From: Pseudomonas sp. NFIX28
Lineage (GTDB): Bacteria > Pseudomonadota > Gammaproteobacteria > Pseudomonadales > Pseudomonadaceae
Length of the DNA stretch: 40,000 nt
NCBI RefSeq assembly: GCF_900107395.1
Contig: NZ_FNPW01000001.1
Coordinates: 150,074-190,073 of the forward strand
Direction of reading: 5' to 3'
The position numbers were made by a program, and so were the translations under genes. The notes beneath the pieces are model-generated. The model saw only the letters and a program-made list of their open reading frames with translations. It did not search any database and was not told the DNA's origin. Position 1 is the first letter of the stretch. Every line of letters starts with the position of its first letter. Shown one piece after another: positions 1 to 8,300 of this stretch.

Positions 1-316
1 GGGTCACCACCGCGAACAGCTCCACCGGGGCCAGGGCCAGCCCCTGGGCCACCACCAGCATGTACGGCGCGCCGATGCCGACGACCATCAAACCGATGGT
101 TGTCCAGCTCAGGCCCCGGCGGCCATGGCGAAGCAGGTAGGGCAGCAGGATCAGCCCGGAGACGCTGTAGCGGATGCAGGTGATGTCGTAGGCATCCAGC
201 GGCGTGCGGGTCAGCCCCAGCCGGGTGACCACCGGGAACGCGCCCCAGATCAGGGCCGCGGCGAGGCCGCACAGAATGCCGGCCCAGCGCTGTTCGGGAC
301 TGACGGTGAGCGTCAT
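1..316 (-). CDS. EamA/DMT-family transporter, N-terminal part (gene continues past the left edge)
   Basis: Own translation of the minus strand from ATG at 316: MTLTVSPEQRWAGILCGLAAALIWGAFPVVTRLGLTRTPLDAYDITCIRYSVSGLILLPYLL... It shows consecutive hydrophobic helices and an EamA-like N-terminus. It is absent from the ORF track because it is open at the window edge. Confidence 0.55.
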   Translation of the reverse strand, partial: MTLTVSPEQRWAGILCGLAAALIWGAFPVVTRLGLTRTPLDAYDITCIRYSVSGLILLPYLLRHGRRGLSWTTIGLMVVGIGAPYMLVVAQGLALAPVELFAVVT

Positions 317-345
317 GAGCGGGTCCTCGCCGTGATGCCCCGGGG

Positions 346-1374
346 CTAGCGGTGGCCGATCTTCACCGAGCCGGCGTTGCCGCGCTTGCGCAGGTAGGCG
401 TACTCGATGTCGTTGAGCAGCATCTGCGCCCGGTTGATGTGGCGCGAGGCGTAGTTGACGCTGGTGAGGAAGTGCGCCAGTTCCTCGGTCTCGGCGAAGT
501 TGCCGTTGTCATGGGCGACCTTGGAGAGGTCCAGGTTGCGGCGGTTCTCCAGTTTGCTCAGGTAGTCGATGTCGATCACCCGGAATGCCGCGCCGATGCT
601 CAGGCCGCGGGCATTGAGCACCTTGTGCCATTCGAAGGGTGGGTTGATCAGCACGTCGCCCGGCTCGACGTAGACGATGTCGGCCTCGTAGTCGCCGCCC
701 GGCGCCTCGCGGCCGCTGCTGGTTTCGAACATCAGGTCGTAGTCGCGGAACTGGTCGCCCAGCTGCGGTGGGCGGGTGCTCCACTTCTTGGTGCCGGCGA
801 TCATCACGAAGATATTCAGGGTCGGGAAAATGTGCCAGTCGCTGCCCACCGCGCCGCGGGCCGGCTCGCCGTATTCCTGGGTGCTGTAGCCGAGGAACAT
901 GTGGCCGGTGACTTTCCAGGCGTCGACGTTGAACCAGGGTTTGCTGAAAACCTGCTGCTTGACCAGGTTGAAGGCATCCTTGCCCCACTCGTAGGGGTCG
1001 TTGTAGCTCGATGAAATGGTGCCCAGGTGCGAATAGACGTCGAGGTGGTGGGTGAAGATGTCGTCGAGGAATTCCTGCCCGGTGCCGACGCGGCCGGTGA
1101 CGTAGTTGTAGTCCGAGGCGCCGTTCTCGTCGCGCATCGACACCGGCTGGTCGCCGGCCTTGACCCGCCATTGCAGGTTTTTCCCCGAACCGACCTGATC
1201 GAAGAACGATCGTTGCGAGAACTCCTCGCCGATGGGCGCGAGCCTGCGCAGCAGGGCCGGTTTGCTGAACCCCTCGGTGAAGCGCTCGACCTTGTCGCGG
1301 GTGAGCTCACCCTTGTGCTCGCAGGGCTCGATGACATTGATGTAGCCATACCGGATACGACTGTTCGAAACCAT
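346..1374 (-). CDS. cupin (JmjC/cupin_8-like) domain protein
   Basis: ORF 346..1509 trimmed to the ATG at 1374, which is preceded by AAGGAG. Motifs SDWHIFPTLNIFVMIAGTKKW and PPFEWHKVLN resemble the cupin_8/JmjC beta-barrel. Confidence 0.6.
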   Translation of the reverse strand: MVSNSRIRYGYINVIEPCEHKGELTRDKVERFTEGFSKPALLRRLAPIGEEFSQRSFFDQVGSGKNLQWRVKAGDQPVSMRDENGASDYNYVTGRVGTGQEFLDDIFTHHLDVYSHLGTISSSYNDPYEWGKDAFNLVKQQVFSKPWFNVDAWKVTGHMFLGYSTQEYGEPARGAVGSDWHIFPTLNIFVMIAGTKKWSTRPPQLGDQFRDYDLMFETSSGREAPGGDYEADIVYVEPGDVLINPPFEWHKVLNARGLSIGAAFRVIDIDYLSKLENRRNLDLSKVAHDNGNFAETEELAHFLTSVNYASRHINRAQMLLNDIEYAYLRKRGNAGSVKIGHR

Positions 1375-1542
1375 TTCGAAAACTCCTTTTTCCTGACGTA
1401 AAAAGAGAAAACCGCTCGCGCTCACGACCGCTGCTACCGGGCGTGGTTGCGCAGGTGAAGCCGACTTCCTTCCGTGGCACGGAGCGAAAGTCGTGGACCA
1501 GTACATCAAGCATGCTTACCGGGAAGCGCCTATCGGCTATTA

Positions 1543-1594
1543 TTGACATGGCTGTCAAAGATAGCAGTGTTGGTATCTTTGACAACGTTGTCAA
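1543..1594. promoter_or_regulatory. two TetR-type palindromic operator candidates in a divergent intergenic region
   Basis: TTGACAtggcTGTCAA at 1543..1558 and the perfect 16-bp palindrome TTGACAACGTTGTCAA at 1579..1594. Both lie between the cupin gene and the TetR gene. Confidence 0.5.
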
Positions 1595-1617
1595 TAACTA
1601 TGTGAGCAGTGATTTTT

Positions 1618-2211
1618 ATGGCGGGTGTCAGGCAGTTTGACGAAGAAAAAGTATTGTCGGCGGTCCTTGAGGTGTTCTGGCGCAAGGGCTGGCAGTCCAC
1701 CTCCATGGCCGACCTGGCCGAGGCGGCCGAGGTCCAGCGCGGCTCGCTGTACCATGCCTACGGCGGCAAGGAAGCGTTGTTCCTGCTGGCATTCGAAGCC
1801 TACGCCACGCGCTTTTTGGGCAACGCCGCCAAGGCCCTCGAGGCCGCGGATGCCGAGACCGCGCTACGGCAGTTTTTCCAGGTGGCGATCAGCAACATGA
1901 CCAGCGGCACGCCGCCCAAGGGCTGCCTGACCACCAAGACGGCCACTGAAGCCGATGCGATCGGCCCGCGCATCCAGCAACGTTTGCGCGACCTGCTGGA
2001 CGCCCTGCAACTGACCATCGGCAGCGCGCTGTCGGCCGAGCAGATTCGGTGCGACCTGGCCCTGGCGCCGGCGGAAGCGGCGCAGGTCATGGTCACCTTC
2101 ACCCGTGGGCTGGCGGTGATGGAACGCATCTACCAGGAGCCGGCGCGTTTGCGCAGTACGGCCGACTCCCTGGTGCGGATGCTGGTGCCGAGCGTCCAGG
2201 CGCGGGCCTGA
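1618..2211 (+). CDS. TetR/AcrR family transcriptional regulator
   Basis: N-terminal HTH signature VLSAVLEVFWRKGWQSTSMADLAEAAEVQRGSLYHAYGGKEALF. The first ATG of ORF 1609..2211 is at 1618. Confidence 0.85.
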   Translation: MAGVRQFDEEKVLSAVLEVFWRKGWQSTSMADLAEAAEVQRGSLYHAYGGKEALFLLAFEAYATRFLGNAAKALEAADAETALRQFFQVAISNMTSGTPPKGCLTTKTATEADAIGPRIQQRLRDLLDALQLTIGSALSAEQIRCDLALAPAEAAQVMVTFTRGLAVMERIYQEPARLRSTADSLVRMLVPSVQARA

Positions 2212-2328
2212 GCCTCGCGCCGTTTTACCGGTTGTCGTGCCCGGGGGATTGCTTCGTGCATCTGCAAGATTCCTGGCGGCGCAGGTGCAAGGTCCTGGGC
2301 GCCGCTTGGCAGTGAGCCGGGCAGGGCG

Positions 2329-3105
2329 CTACAGCAGGTGGGCGGCAAAGCCCTGGCGGTTCGCGGTGATGTCCGGGTGCAGGGTGAGTTCCGGGATCTG
2401 GTAGGCGCCGGCGTTCTGCGGGCGGAAGGCGATGGGCGCGGTCTGCTGCAACTGGTCGAGGCGCTGCCCGAGTTGGTCGCAGAGCCTGGCGTAGCGCGCC
2501 TCGTCGATACGCCCGGTGCGGTAGATGACGAAGGGCGGCAGCACGTCGAAGCCGGGGTAATAGAGGATGCCGTGGTGGATCGGGAACAGCAGGTCGTCCA
2601 TCGGTCCGTTGATCCCGCGCGGGCCGTAGTGCGACTCCCAGCCGCCGGCGGTGACGATCAGCATCGCGCGTTTGCCCGCCAGGGTGCCTTCGCCGTAGCG
2701 GTCGCCCCAGCGCGCATCCGAATGCTCGCCCACGCCATAGGCAAACCCATAGGCGTAGACCCGTTCCACCCAGCCCTTGAGAATCGCCGGCATGGAAAAC
2801 CACCACAGTGGAAATTGCAGCAGCACGGTGTCGGCCCAGAGCAGCTTTTCCTGCTCGCGGGCGATGTCCGCCGACTGCAGGCCCTCTTCGAAGGCGCGCT
2901 TGGAGTCCAGGGATGGATCGAAGCGGGCGTCCTCCGCCCGGCCCAGGCTGTCGTCGGCGTCCAGCGGCGCCTTCCAGTTCATCGCGTACAGGTCCGAGAC
3001 CTGGACCGCATGGCCGGCGGCTTCCAGGCGCTTGAGCGTGAAGTCCTTGAGCGAGCCGTTCAAGGAGCGGGGTTCGGGGTGGGCATACACCAGCAGTACA
3101 TTCAT
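2329..3105 (-). CDS. NAD(P)H dehydrogenase (quinone), flavodoxin-like fold (NQO1/MdaB-like)
   Basis: ORF 2329..3483 trimmed to the ATG at 3105 (GGAGA upstream). MNVLLVYAHPEPRSLNGSL...LLQFPLWWFSMPAILKGWVERV is typical of flavodoxin-like quinone reductases. Confidence 0.8.
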   Translation of the reverse strand: MNVLLVYAHPEPRSLNGSLKDFTLKRLEAAGHAVQVSDLYAMNWKAPLDADDSLGRAEDARFDPSLDSKRAFEEGLQSADIAREQEKLLWADTVLLQFPLWWFSMPAILKGWVERVYAYGFAYGVGEHSDARWGDRYGEGTLAGKRAMLIVTAGGWESHYGPRGINGPMDDLLFPIHHGILYYPGFDVLPPFVIYRTGRIDEARYARLCDQLGQRLDQLQQTAPIAFRPQNAGAYQIPELTLHPDITANRQGFAAHLL

Positions 3106-3155
3106 CACAGGGTCTCCAATGTCGGGAGACCGCAGGATCGATGCTCGCCAGGTAT

Positions 3156-3175
3156 ATTGGAAATGAATATCCAAT
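3156..3175. promoter_or_regulatory. LysR-type binding box candidate
   Basis: Inverted repeat ATTGGA-N8-TCCAAT between the divergent quinone reductase and LysR genes. Confidence 0.4.
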
Positions 3176-3190
3176 ATCCCAGGTATTGTC

Positions 3191-4084
3191 GTGAATAATT
3201 TAAGACGCTTGGACATCAACCTGCTGCTGACCCTGGATGTGCTGCTCGCCGAGCACAACGTGACCCGCGCGGCGCAGCGCCTGAACCTGTCGCAGCCCTC
3301 GGTCAGCGTGCATCTGGCCAAGCTGCGGGAGATATTCGGCGACCCGTTGCTGCTGCCGGGGCCGCGCGGCATGCGGCCCACCGCCCGGGCCGACGCGTTG
3401 CGCGAACCTTTGCGCCGGGCCCTGGAGGCCCTGGAGCTGGCGGTGGCGCCGGCCAGCCCGTTCGACCCGGGCGCGGCGACCAATACCTGGAGCGTGTCGG
3501 CTTCCGACTACGGCGAGTCGACAGTGCTCCTGCCGGCGCTGGCCGGCTTGCGCGCGGCGGCCCCCGGAACCCGGCTGGCGGTCATCGAGCTGGAGCCCGG
3601 GCGCCTGGTGCGGCAGGCCGAGCAGGGCATCATCGACCTGGCCCTGCATACCCGTGACGATTCGCCACCCGGCCTGCGCCGCCGTGTGCTGTTCAGCGAG
3701 CGTTATGTGCTGGTGGGCCGCGCGGGCCATCCACGGCTGAAACGGCGCCCGAGCCTGGCGCAGTTCGCCAGGCTCGAGCACGTGGTGGTGTCGCCCGATG
3801 GCGGCGGCTTTCATGGCGTCACCGACAGCGCGCTGGCCGAGGTCGGCCTGACGCGCCGGGTGGTGCTGTCGGTGCCGCATTTTCTGTTTGTGCTTGCGGC
3901 GCTGGCGAGCACCGACCTGGTGGCGATGCTGCCGTCGCGCCTGGTGCGCGACAACCCGGCGCTGAAGGTGGTCGAGCCGCCGCTGGAAGTGCCGGGCTAC
4001 GACATGGCCATGCTCTGGCCCGAACGCTGCCACCGCGACCCGGCCCACCAATGGCTGCGGGAGTTCATCGTCGCGTCGTTATGA
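3191..4084 (+). CDS. LysR family transcriptional regulator
   Basis: GTG start. N-terminal LDINLLLTLDVLLAEHNVTRAAQRLNLSQPSVSVHLAKLRE is a LysR HTH; it is followed by a substrate-binding domain. Confidence 0.85.
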   Translation: MNNLRRLDINLLLTLDVLLAEHNVTRAAQRLNLSQPSVSVHLAKLREIFGDPLLLPGPRGMRPTARADALREPLRRALEALELAVAPASPFDPGAATNTWSVSASDYGESTVLLPALAGLRAAAPGTRLAVIELEPGRLVRQAEQGIIDLALHTRDDSPPGLRRRVLFSERYVLVGRAGHPRLKRRPSLAQFARLEHVVVSPDGGGFHGVTDSALAEVGLTRRVVLSVPHFLFVLAALASTDLVAMLPSRLVRDNPALKVVEPPLEVPGYDMAMLWPERCHRDPAHQWLREFIVASL

Positions 4085-4090
4085 GCGCGG

Positions 4091-5026
4091 TTACGGCTTG
4101 TCCCTGACCGTTTCCCACGGCGCGCCCTGGGCAAAACGCGCCTCGATCCACTGCTTGAAGGCCTGGGTGGTGGCGCTGCTGAAACGCGCGGACGGGCGCA
4201 GCAGGAAGATCCCCGAGTCGCTGTCCAGCTGCCACTGCGGCAGCACCCGGACCAGACGCCCGCTGGCCAGGTCCCGGTTCATCAGCCAGTCGCCGCCGGC
4301 AAGAATGCCGACGCCGGCCCGGGCCGCGGCCAGCAGCGCTTCGTTGTCGTTGCTCTGCAAGGTGCCATGGATACGCACGGTTTCCAGCCGGCCCTGGCGG
4401 GTCAGGCGCCAGTCGGGCCAGGAACGCAGGCCGGTAAAGCCCAGGCAGTTGTGGCTGGCGAGGTCGGCGGGCGCCTGCGGTTCGCCATGGCGTTGCAGGT
4501 AGTCGGGCGACGCGCAGAGGATACGTCGGTGCGCACAGAGTTTGCGCGCCACCAGCTGGCTGTCGGCCAGTTCGCCGATGCGGATCGCCGCGTCGAAACC
4601 TTCGCCGACGATGTCGACGAAACGGTCCGAATACTCGGTCTCCAGCGTCACCCCAGGATGGGCCAGGGCGAACTCGGCGAGAAGCGGGCTGAGCCAGCGC
4701 CGGCCCATGGCGGCCGGCAAGGCCAGGCGCAGGCGCCCGCGGACCTGCGCGGCGCCCTGGGAGGCTTCGTGTTCGGCTTCGCCGATCAGGCACGCCGCAT
4801 GCCGCAAGCGCTCCACCAACCGCACGCCTTGATCGGTGAAGCGCAATTGCCGGGTAGTGCGTTGCACCAGGCGAATGCCCAGGCGGTTTTCCAGCGCCGC
4901 CAGGCGCTTGGACAGAACCGAGGGGTGGCGCTGCAAGGCCCGGCCGGCGGCGGCGAACGAGCCGTGCTCGAAAAGCGCCATCAAGGTGGCGAGTTCATCG
5001 GCCTGGCGGCTGTCGAACGGATCCAT
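4091..5026 (-). CDS. LysR family transcriptional regulator
   Basis: LATLMALFEHGSFAAAGRALQRHPSVLSKRLAALENRLGIRLVQRTTRQLRFT is a LysR HTH. Confidence 0.85.
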   Translation of the reverse strand: MDPFDSRQADELATLMALFEHGSFAAAGRALQRHPSVLSKRLAALENRLGIRLVQRTTRQLRFTDQGVRLVERLRHAACLIGEAEHEASQGAAQVRGRLRLALPAAMGRRWLSPLLAEFALAHPGVTLETEYSDRFVDIVGEGFDAAIRIGELADSQLVARKLCAHRRILCASPDYLQRHGEPQAPADLASHNCLGFTGLRSWPDWRLTRQGRLETVRIHGTLQSNDNEALLAAARAGVGILAGGDWLMNRDLASGRLVRVLPQWQLDSDSGIFLLRPSARFSSATTQAFKQWIEARFAQGAPWETVRDKP

Positions 5027-5084
5027 GTGCCTGGGCTGCCTCGTTGTGCGGCCAGAAGGCCGGAAGTGAAGGAAAGGACCGGCC

Positions 5085-6065
5085 TCAAGGTATCAGCACA
5101 ATGGCGCCTTGCGCGCGGCCTTCTTGCAGGTCGGCGTGGGCCCGGGCCACGTCGGCCAAGGGGTAACGCTGCCAGATCCGTGGCTGGATGATACCCGCGG
5201 CGAAGGCGTCCAGCACATCGGCGGCGCGCATCTGGTATTCGCTGGCGCTGGCGGTGTGGGCGGCGAGGGACGGGCGGGTGAGAAACAGCGAGCCCTTGGC
5301 GTTGAGCGTGCCGACCTGCACCGCCTCCGGAGCGCCCGACGCCGCGCCGAAGGACACCAGCAGGCCGCGGGGACGCAGGCTGTCGAGGGAGGCTTCGAAG
5401 GACACCCGGCCGATCGGGTCGTACACCACATCGACCTTGTGTCCTTGAGTGACCTCGACGACCTGTCGGGCGAGGGTGGCGGCATCGAACACCAGCACCT
5501 CGTCGCAGCCGGCGGCCCGGGCTCGCTCGACGCTTTGCGCCTTGGACACCACGCCAATGACGCTGGCGCCCAGGTGCTTGGCCCAGGGCACCATCAACTG
5601 GCCCAGGGCCCCGGCGGCGCCATAGATCAGCACCCGGCTGCCGGGGCCGACGGGGTAGGTGGTCTTGAGCAGGTATTGCGCGGTGATGCCTTTGAACAGC
5701 AAGGCTGCGGCGGCATCCGAGGCCAGCTCCGGTGGCAGCTTGACCAGGCGCTCGGCCGGGTACAGGCGAGCGCTGGCATAGGCGCCGAGGGGCCCGGTGG
5801 CGTAGGCCACGCGATCGCCGACCTGGACCTGAGTGACCCCGGGACCGATTGCCTTGACCAGGCCCGCGCCTTCCAGGCCGAGCCCGCAGGGCAGGGCAAC
5901 CGGTACGGCGCCGCTGCGCTGGCTGAGGTCCAGCGGATTGACGCCGATGGCCGTCTGCTCCAGCCAGACCTCGCCGACCCCGGGCGCCTGGGCTTGTGCC
6001 TGCTCGAACTGCAGGACCTGAGGGAGGCCAACTTCATGAAGGTGTACGCGGGTGATCATGCTCAT
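5085..6065 (-). CDS. qor: NADPH:quinone oxidoreductase (zinc-independent MDR/zeta-crystallin type)
   Basis: A GroES-like N-terminal domain and the Rossmann motif VLIYGAAGALGQLMV. The ending AHADLQEGRAQGAIVLIP is typical of Qor. Confidence 0.8.
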   Translation of the reverse strand: MSMITRVHLHEVGLPQVLQFEQAQAQAPGVGEVWLEQTAIGVNPLDLSQRSGAVPVALPCGLGLEGAGLVKAIGPGVTQVQVGDRVAYATGPLGAYASARLYPAERLVKLPPELASDAAAALLFKGITAQYLLKTTYPVGPGSRVLIYGAAGALGQLMVPWAKHLGASVIGVVSKAQSVERARAAGCDEVLVFDAATLARQVVEVTQGHKVDVVYDPIGRVSFEASLDSLRPRGLLVSFGAASGAPEAVQVGTLNAKGSLFLTRPSLAAHTASASEYQMRAADVLDAFAAGIIQPRIWQRYPLADVARAHADLQEGRAQGAIVLIP

Positions 6066-6481
6066 TCTCCTGGGCGCTGCGCGCTAGCAAGCTGGGGAGA
6101 AACGAGGATAGGCTGCCGCTCCAGGGTCAACAATCCGGCCTGTTTGCATTTGACTGCTGCATGCAATGCAGCAATTGACGCCGCGTTTACCCGCCCGGTA
6201 AGAACCCGCATGATCATTGGGACCAGCCTGTCGATGCTCCGCGACAACACAAAAGAGGCGAGGAGGTGGCTTGCCCACGCCCCGATCAAGGCAGGCCCTC
6301 GGCATTGAATTATTTTATTCCTGTTCTTGACATGCCCGGCGAACAAGTCCAGAATTGCGTCCATTCCTGATTCAGGAACGCGAAAAACCCCTTAGAATTC
6401 AAAGGGTTGGAAGCTAGAGAAGTTTAAGTTTCCAGCTTCGAGTTGTATGCCTTTGATGCGGTTGCAATGCATCGAAAGTTT

Positions 6482-6555
6482 GGCCGAGTAGCAAAATGGT
6501 TATGCAGCGGATTGCAAATCCGCCTACGCCGGTTCGATTCCGACCTCGGCCTCCA
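6482..6555 (+). tRNA. tRNA-Cys (anticodon GCA)
   Basis: Folded by hand. Acceptor GGCCGAG/CTCGGCC, short D stem GCA/TGC, anticodon stem GCGGA/TCCGC with loop TTGCAAA, T loop TTCGATT, 3' CCA encoded. The T stem GCCGG/CCGAC has one C-A mismatch. Confidence 0.9.
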
Positions 6556-6563
6556 AACTGAAA

Positions 6564-6595
6564 AGCCCGTAGATCAACGATCTACGGGCTTTTTT
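6564..6595 (+). terminator. rho-independent terminator after tRNA-Cys
   Basis: 12-bp stem AGCCCGTAGATC / GATCTACGGGCT with loop AAC, followed by TTTTTT. Confidence 0.85.
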
Positions 6596-6613
6596 ATTGG
6601 CTGGAGGAAAGCA

Positions 6614-6651
6614 GGCGTTCCATTACTTTTAATGGGGCGTTCCATTACTTT
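6614..6651. repeat. tandem direct repeat next to attL (candidate integrase arm-type sites)
   Basis: GGCGTTCCATTACTTT occurs at 6614..6629 and again at 6636..6651 (22-bp period). The second copy overlaps the integrase stop codon. Confidence 0.6.
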
Positions 6652-7694
6652 GATGGCTTTGCAATGGCGCCGATTCGGCGATACACCCGCTTTGTGATTT
6701 CCTGCTCCGAGTGACCCAGCAGCAGGCTGGCATCTGCAATATCGAGGATCTCGGATGCAGCTTTTGGACGAATATCCTTGAACTGAAATTGAGAGATTTT
6801 CTCCGCAATGTCAGGTTTTGCTTCGGCGATCGCCCGAAGTCGAGCCGCCTCCCGGGCATCGTCCCAGCGGTTGCGCAGCATTTGCTGCGACACTCGTTTC
6901 CCGCTCTTGTTGAGGATGAAGTGCTGGCCCCCGTGGTGCCTTGTCCTGCCGGTTATCCTTTGGATGAGTTCACCGAGGCTGTTTTTCTGACCTTCAACCT
7001 CCATCAAAATACGCAACCTCTTGTCCGTCTTCCCTTGGCGAACGAGAAGATAGGCCCCCTCAACATCTCCCTTCTGCATCGCCAGGACATCTGCAGGGCG
7101 CTGGCCGGTCAAGTAGGCCAGGTCCATTGCATCCTTCAATTCGGGTGGTGCTTCGGCGTAGACAGCCGCCCAGACCACGTCATTGGCGTAATAGTCCCTC
7201 GGCTTCTCCTTGTTCTTTCGAACGCCCTGACAGGGGTTCTCCCTGTCGGTGAATCCCCACTCTCTGGCCATGTTGAATACGTGCGATAAAAGCGCGATCT
7301 CTCGATTCGCCCTGGTCTTCGCAACCCTGGCGTCCCGATACTGGGCGATTAGCGATGGGGTAATGGCATCGATCGGGGCGGTGTCGAATCCTGCCCGAAG
7401 GTGCTTCATTTCAGCCTTGTTGTCCTTCTGGGTCCGTGGAGCTTTTTTCGGGACAATGTCCCGCATGTACCGATCAAACACCCCCTTCATTGTCATCAAG
7501 TCGAGCGGCTTGTCCTTCGCCTCAAGTTCAGCCCATTTCATTCTGGCCAGGTCCAGGTCTTTCCCGAGGGGGATATCTTTGCCGGTGGAGTCTCGGTAGT
7601 AGTAAGCCACCCAGACCTTTCCGTTTTTCCTGGTCCTGGATCGTTCGTACATTCTTGGGGGGAGGTGTCGGTTTTCGGTCTTGCGGGGGCGCAT
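6645..7694 (-). CDS. int: tyrosine integrase, lambda-Int type with N-terminal arm-binding domain
   Basis: The N-terminus PRMYERSRTRKNGKVWVAYYYRD is arm-binding-like. The C-terminus has LTGQRPADVL and LLLGHSEQEITKRVYRR (catalytic H...Y region). It is adjacent to a tRNA. Confidence 0.9.
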   Translation of the reverse strand: MRPRKTENRHLPPRMYERSRTRKNGKVWVAYYYRDSTGKDIPLGKDLDLARMKWAELEAKDKPLDLMTMKGVFDRYMRDIVPKKAPRTQKDNKAEMKHLRAGFDTAPIDAITPSLIAQYRDARVAKTRANREIALLSHVFNMAREWGFTDRENPCQGVRKNKEKPRDYYANDVVWAAVYAEAPPELKDAMDLAYLTGQRPADVLAMQKGDVEGAYLLVRQGKTDKRLRILMEVEGQKNSLGELIQRITGRTRHHGGQHFILNKSGKRVSQQMLRNRWDDAREAARLRAIAEAKPDIAEKISQFQFKDIRPKAASEILDIADASLLLGHSEQEITKRVYRRIGAIAKPSK

Positions 7695-7695
7695 A

Positions 7696-7938
7696 TCAAT
7701 TCACTCGCGAAAAATCAGCAGTCCATGTTGAAGCGGCCGGCGGCGGGCTGGGGTCGATGATTGTTGGCGTGACCAGGCCGAGCTTCATTCGTGCGTACAT
7801 TCGGCCAACCAGGGGGCGTTTCCCGCGGCTTTCGACGTATTGCCAGTTCCGGTCATCAAGCCAGCGGCGCTGGTAGGCCCTGGCCTTGTAACCAGTGATC
7901 TCGGCGAGTTCATCGTCCGAGAGGATTTCAGATGCCAT
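7696..7938 (-). CDS. DUF4224-type small protein (excisionase/recombination directionality position)
   Basis: ORF 7696..8088 trimmed to the ATG at 7938. LSDDELAEITGYKARAYQRRWLDDRNWQYVESRGKRPLV matches my memory of the DUF4224 pattern. It abuts the integrase start. Confidence 0.65.
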   Translation of the reverse strand: MASEILSDDELAEITGYKARAYQRRWLDDRNWQYVESRGKRPLVGRMYARMKLGLVTPTIIDPSPPPAASTWTADFSRVN

Positions 7939-7976
7939 GGTGTGCTCCATGCTGCCTGCGGCGGCAGAGAATGAGT

Positions 7977-8180
7977 TCAGGGCCTGGCCCGCTGGATGAT
8001 GTAGACAGCTATGGAGGCAGTGGCTGAAAGCCAAAGCGCCGTGCCGAAGGTGCCGATGATGAAGGCAGCATCGGTTCCGCTCTCCCACATGGCCGGGACG
8101 GCGTAGAAGAACCAGAGGAGGGTGATCAGCATGTAGGCGAGTATGCCGACCAGGATCTCGAAGAGTTTTTTTGCAGACAT
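7977..8180 (-). CDS. small two-helix membrane protein, unknown function
   Basis: 67 aa with two hydrophobic segments (ILVGILAYMLITLLWFFYAV and IIGTFGTALWLSATASIAVYII). Confidence 0.5.
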   Translation of the reverse strand: MSAKKLFEILVGILAYMLITLLWFFYAVPAMWESGTDAAFIIGTFGTALWLSATASIAVYIIQRARP

Positions 8181-8300
8181 GGGGATTCCTTGCCCGCCTG
8201 GCGGGCTTCTGAAAGTTGAGTGGGTTTTTCGGAAAGGTCTGATGGTCGCCGGCGTTGCGCGCGGCTATGTTTGAATCGTTCGCCCGGCCCGTTGTCCTGG

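Noticed and set aside
125-349. 74-aa plus-strand ORF at the left edge
   Set aside because: It is antisense to the EamA-type transporter N-terminus, which gives a convincing membrane-protein translation.
5109-6308. 399-aa plus-strand ORF
   Set aside because: It is antisense to the well-supported quinone oxidoreductase gene. Its Gly/Ala/Arg-rich low-complexity translation is typical of shadow ORFs in GC-rich DNA.
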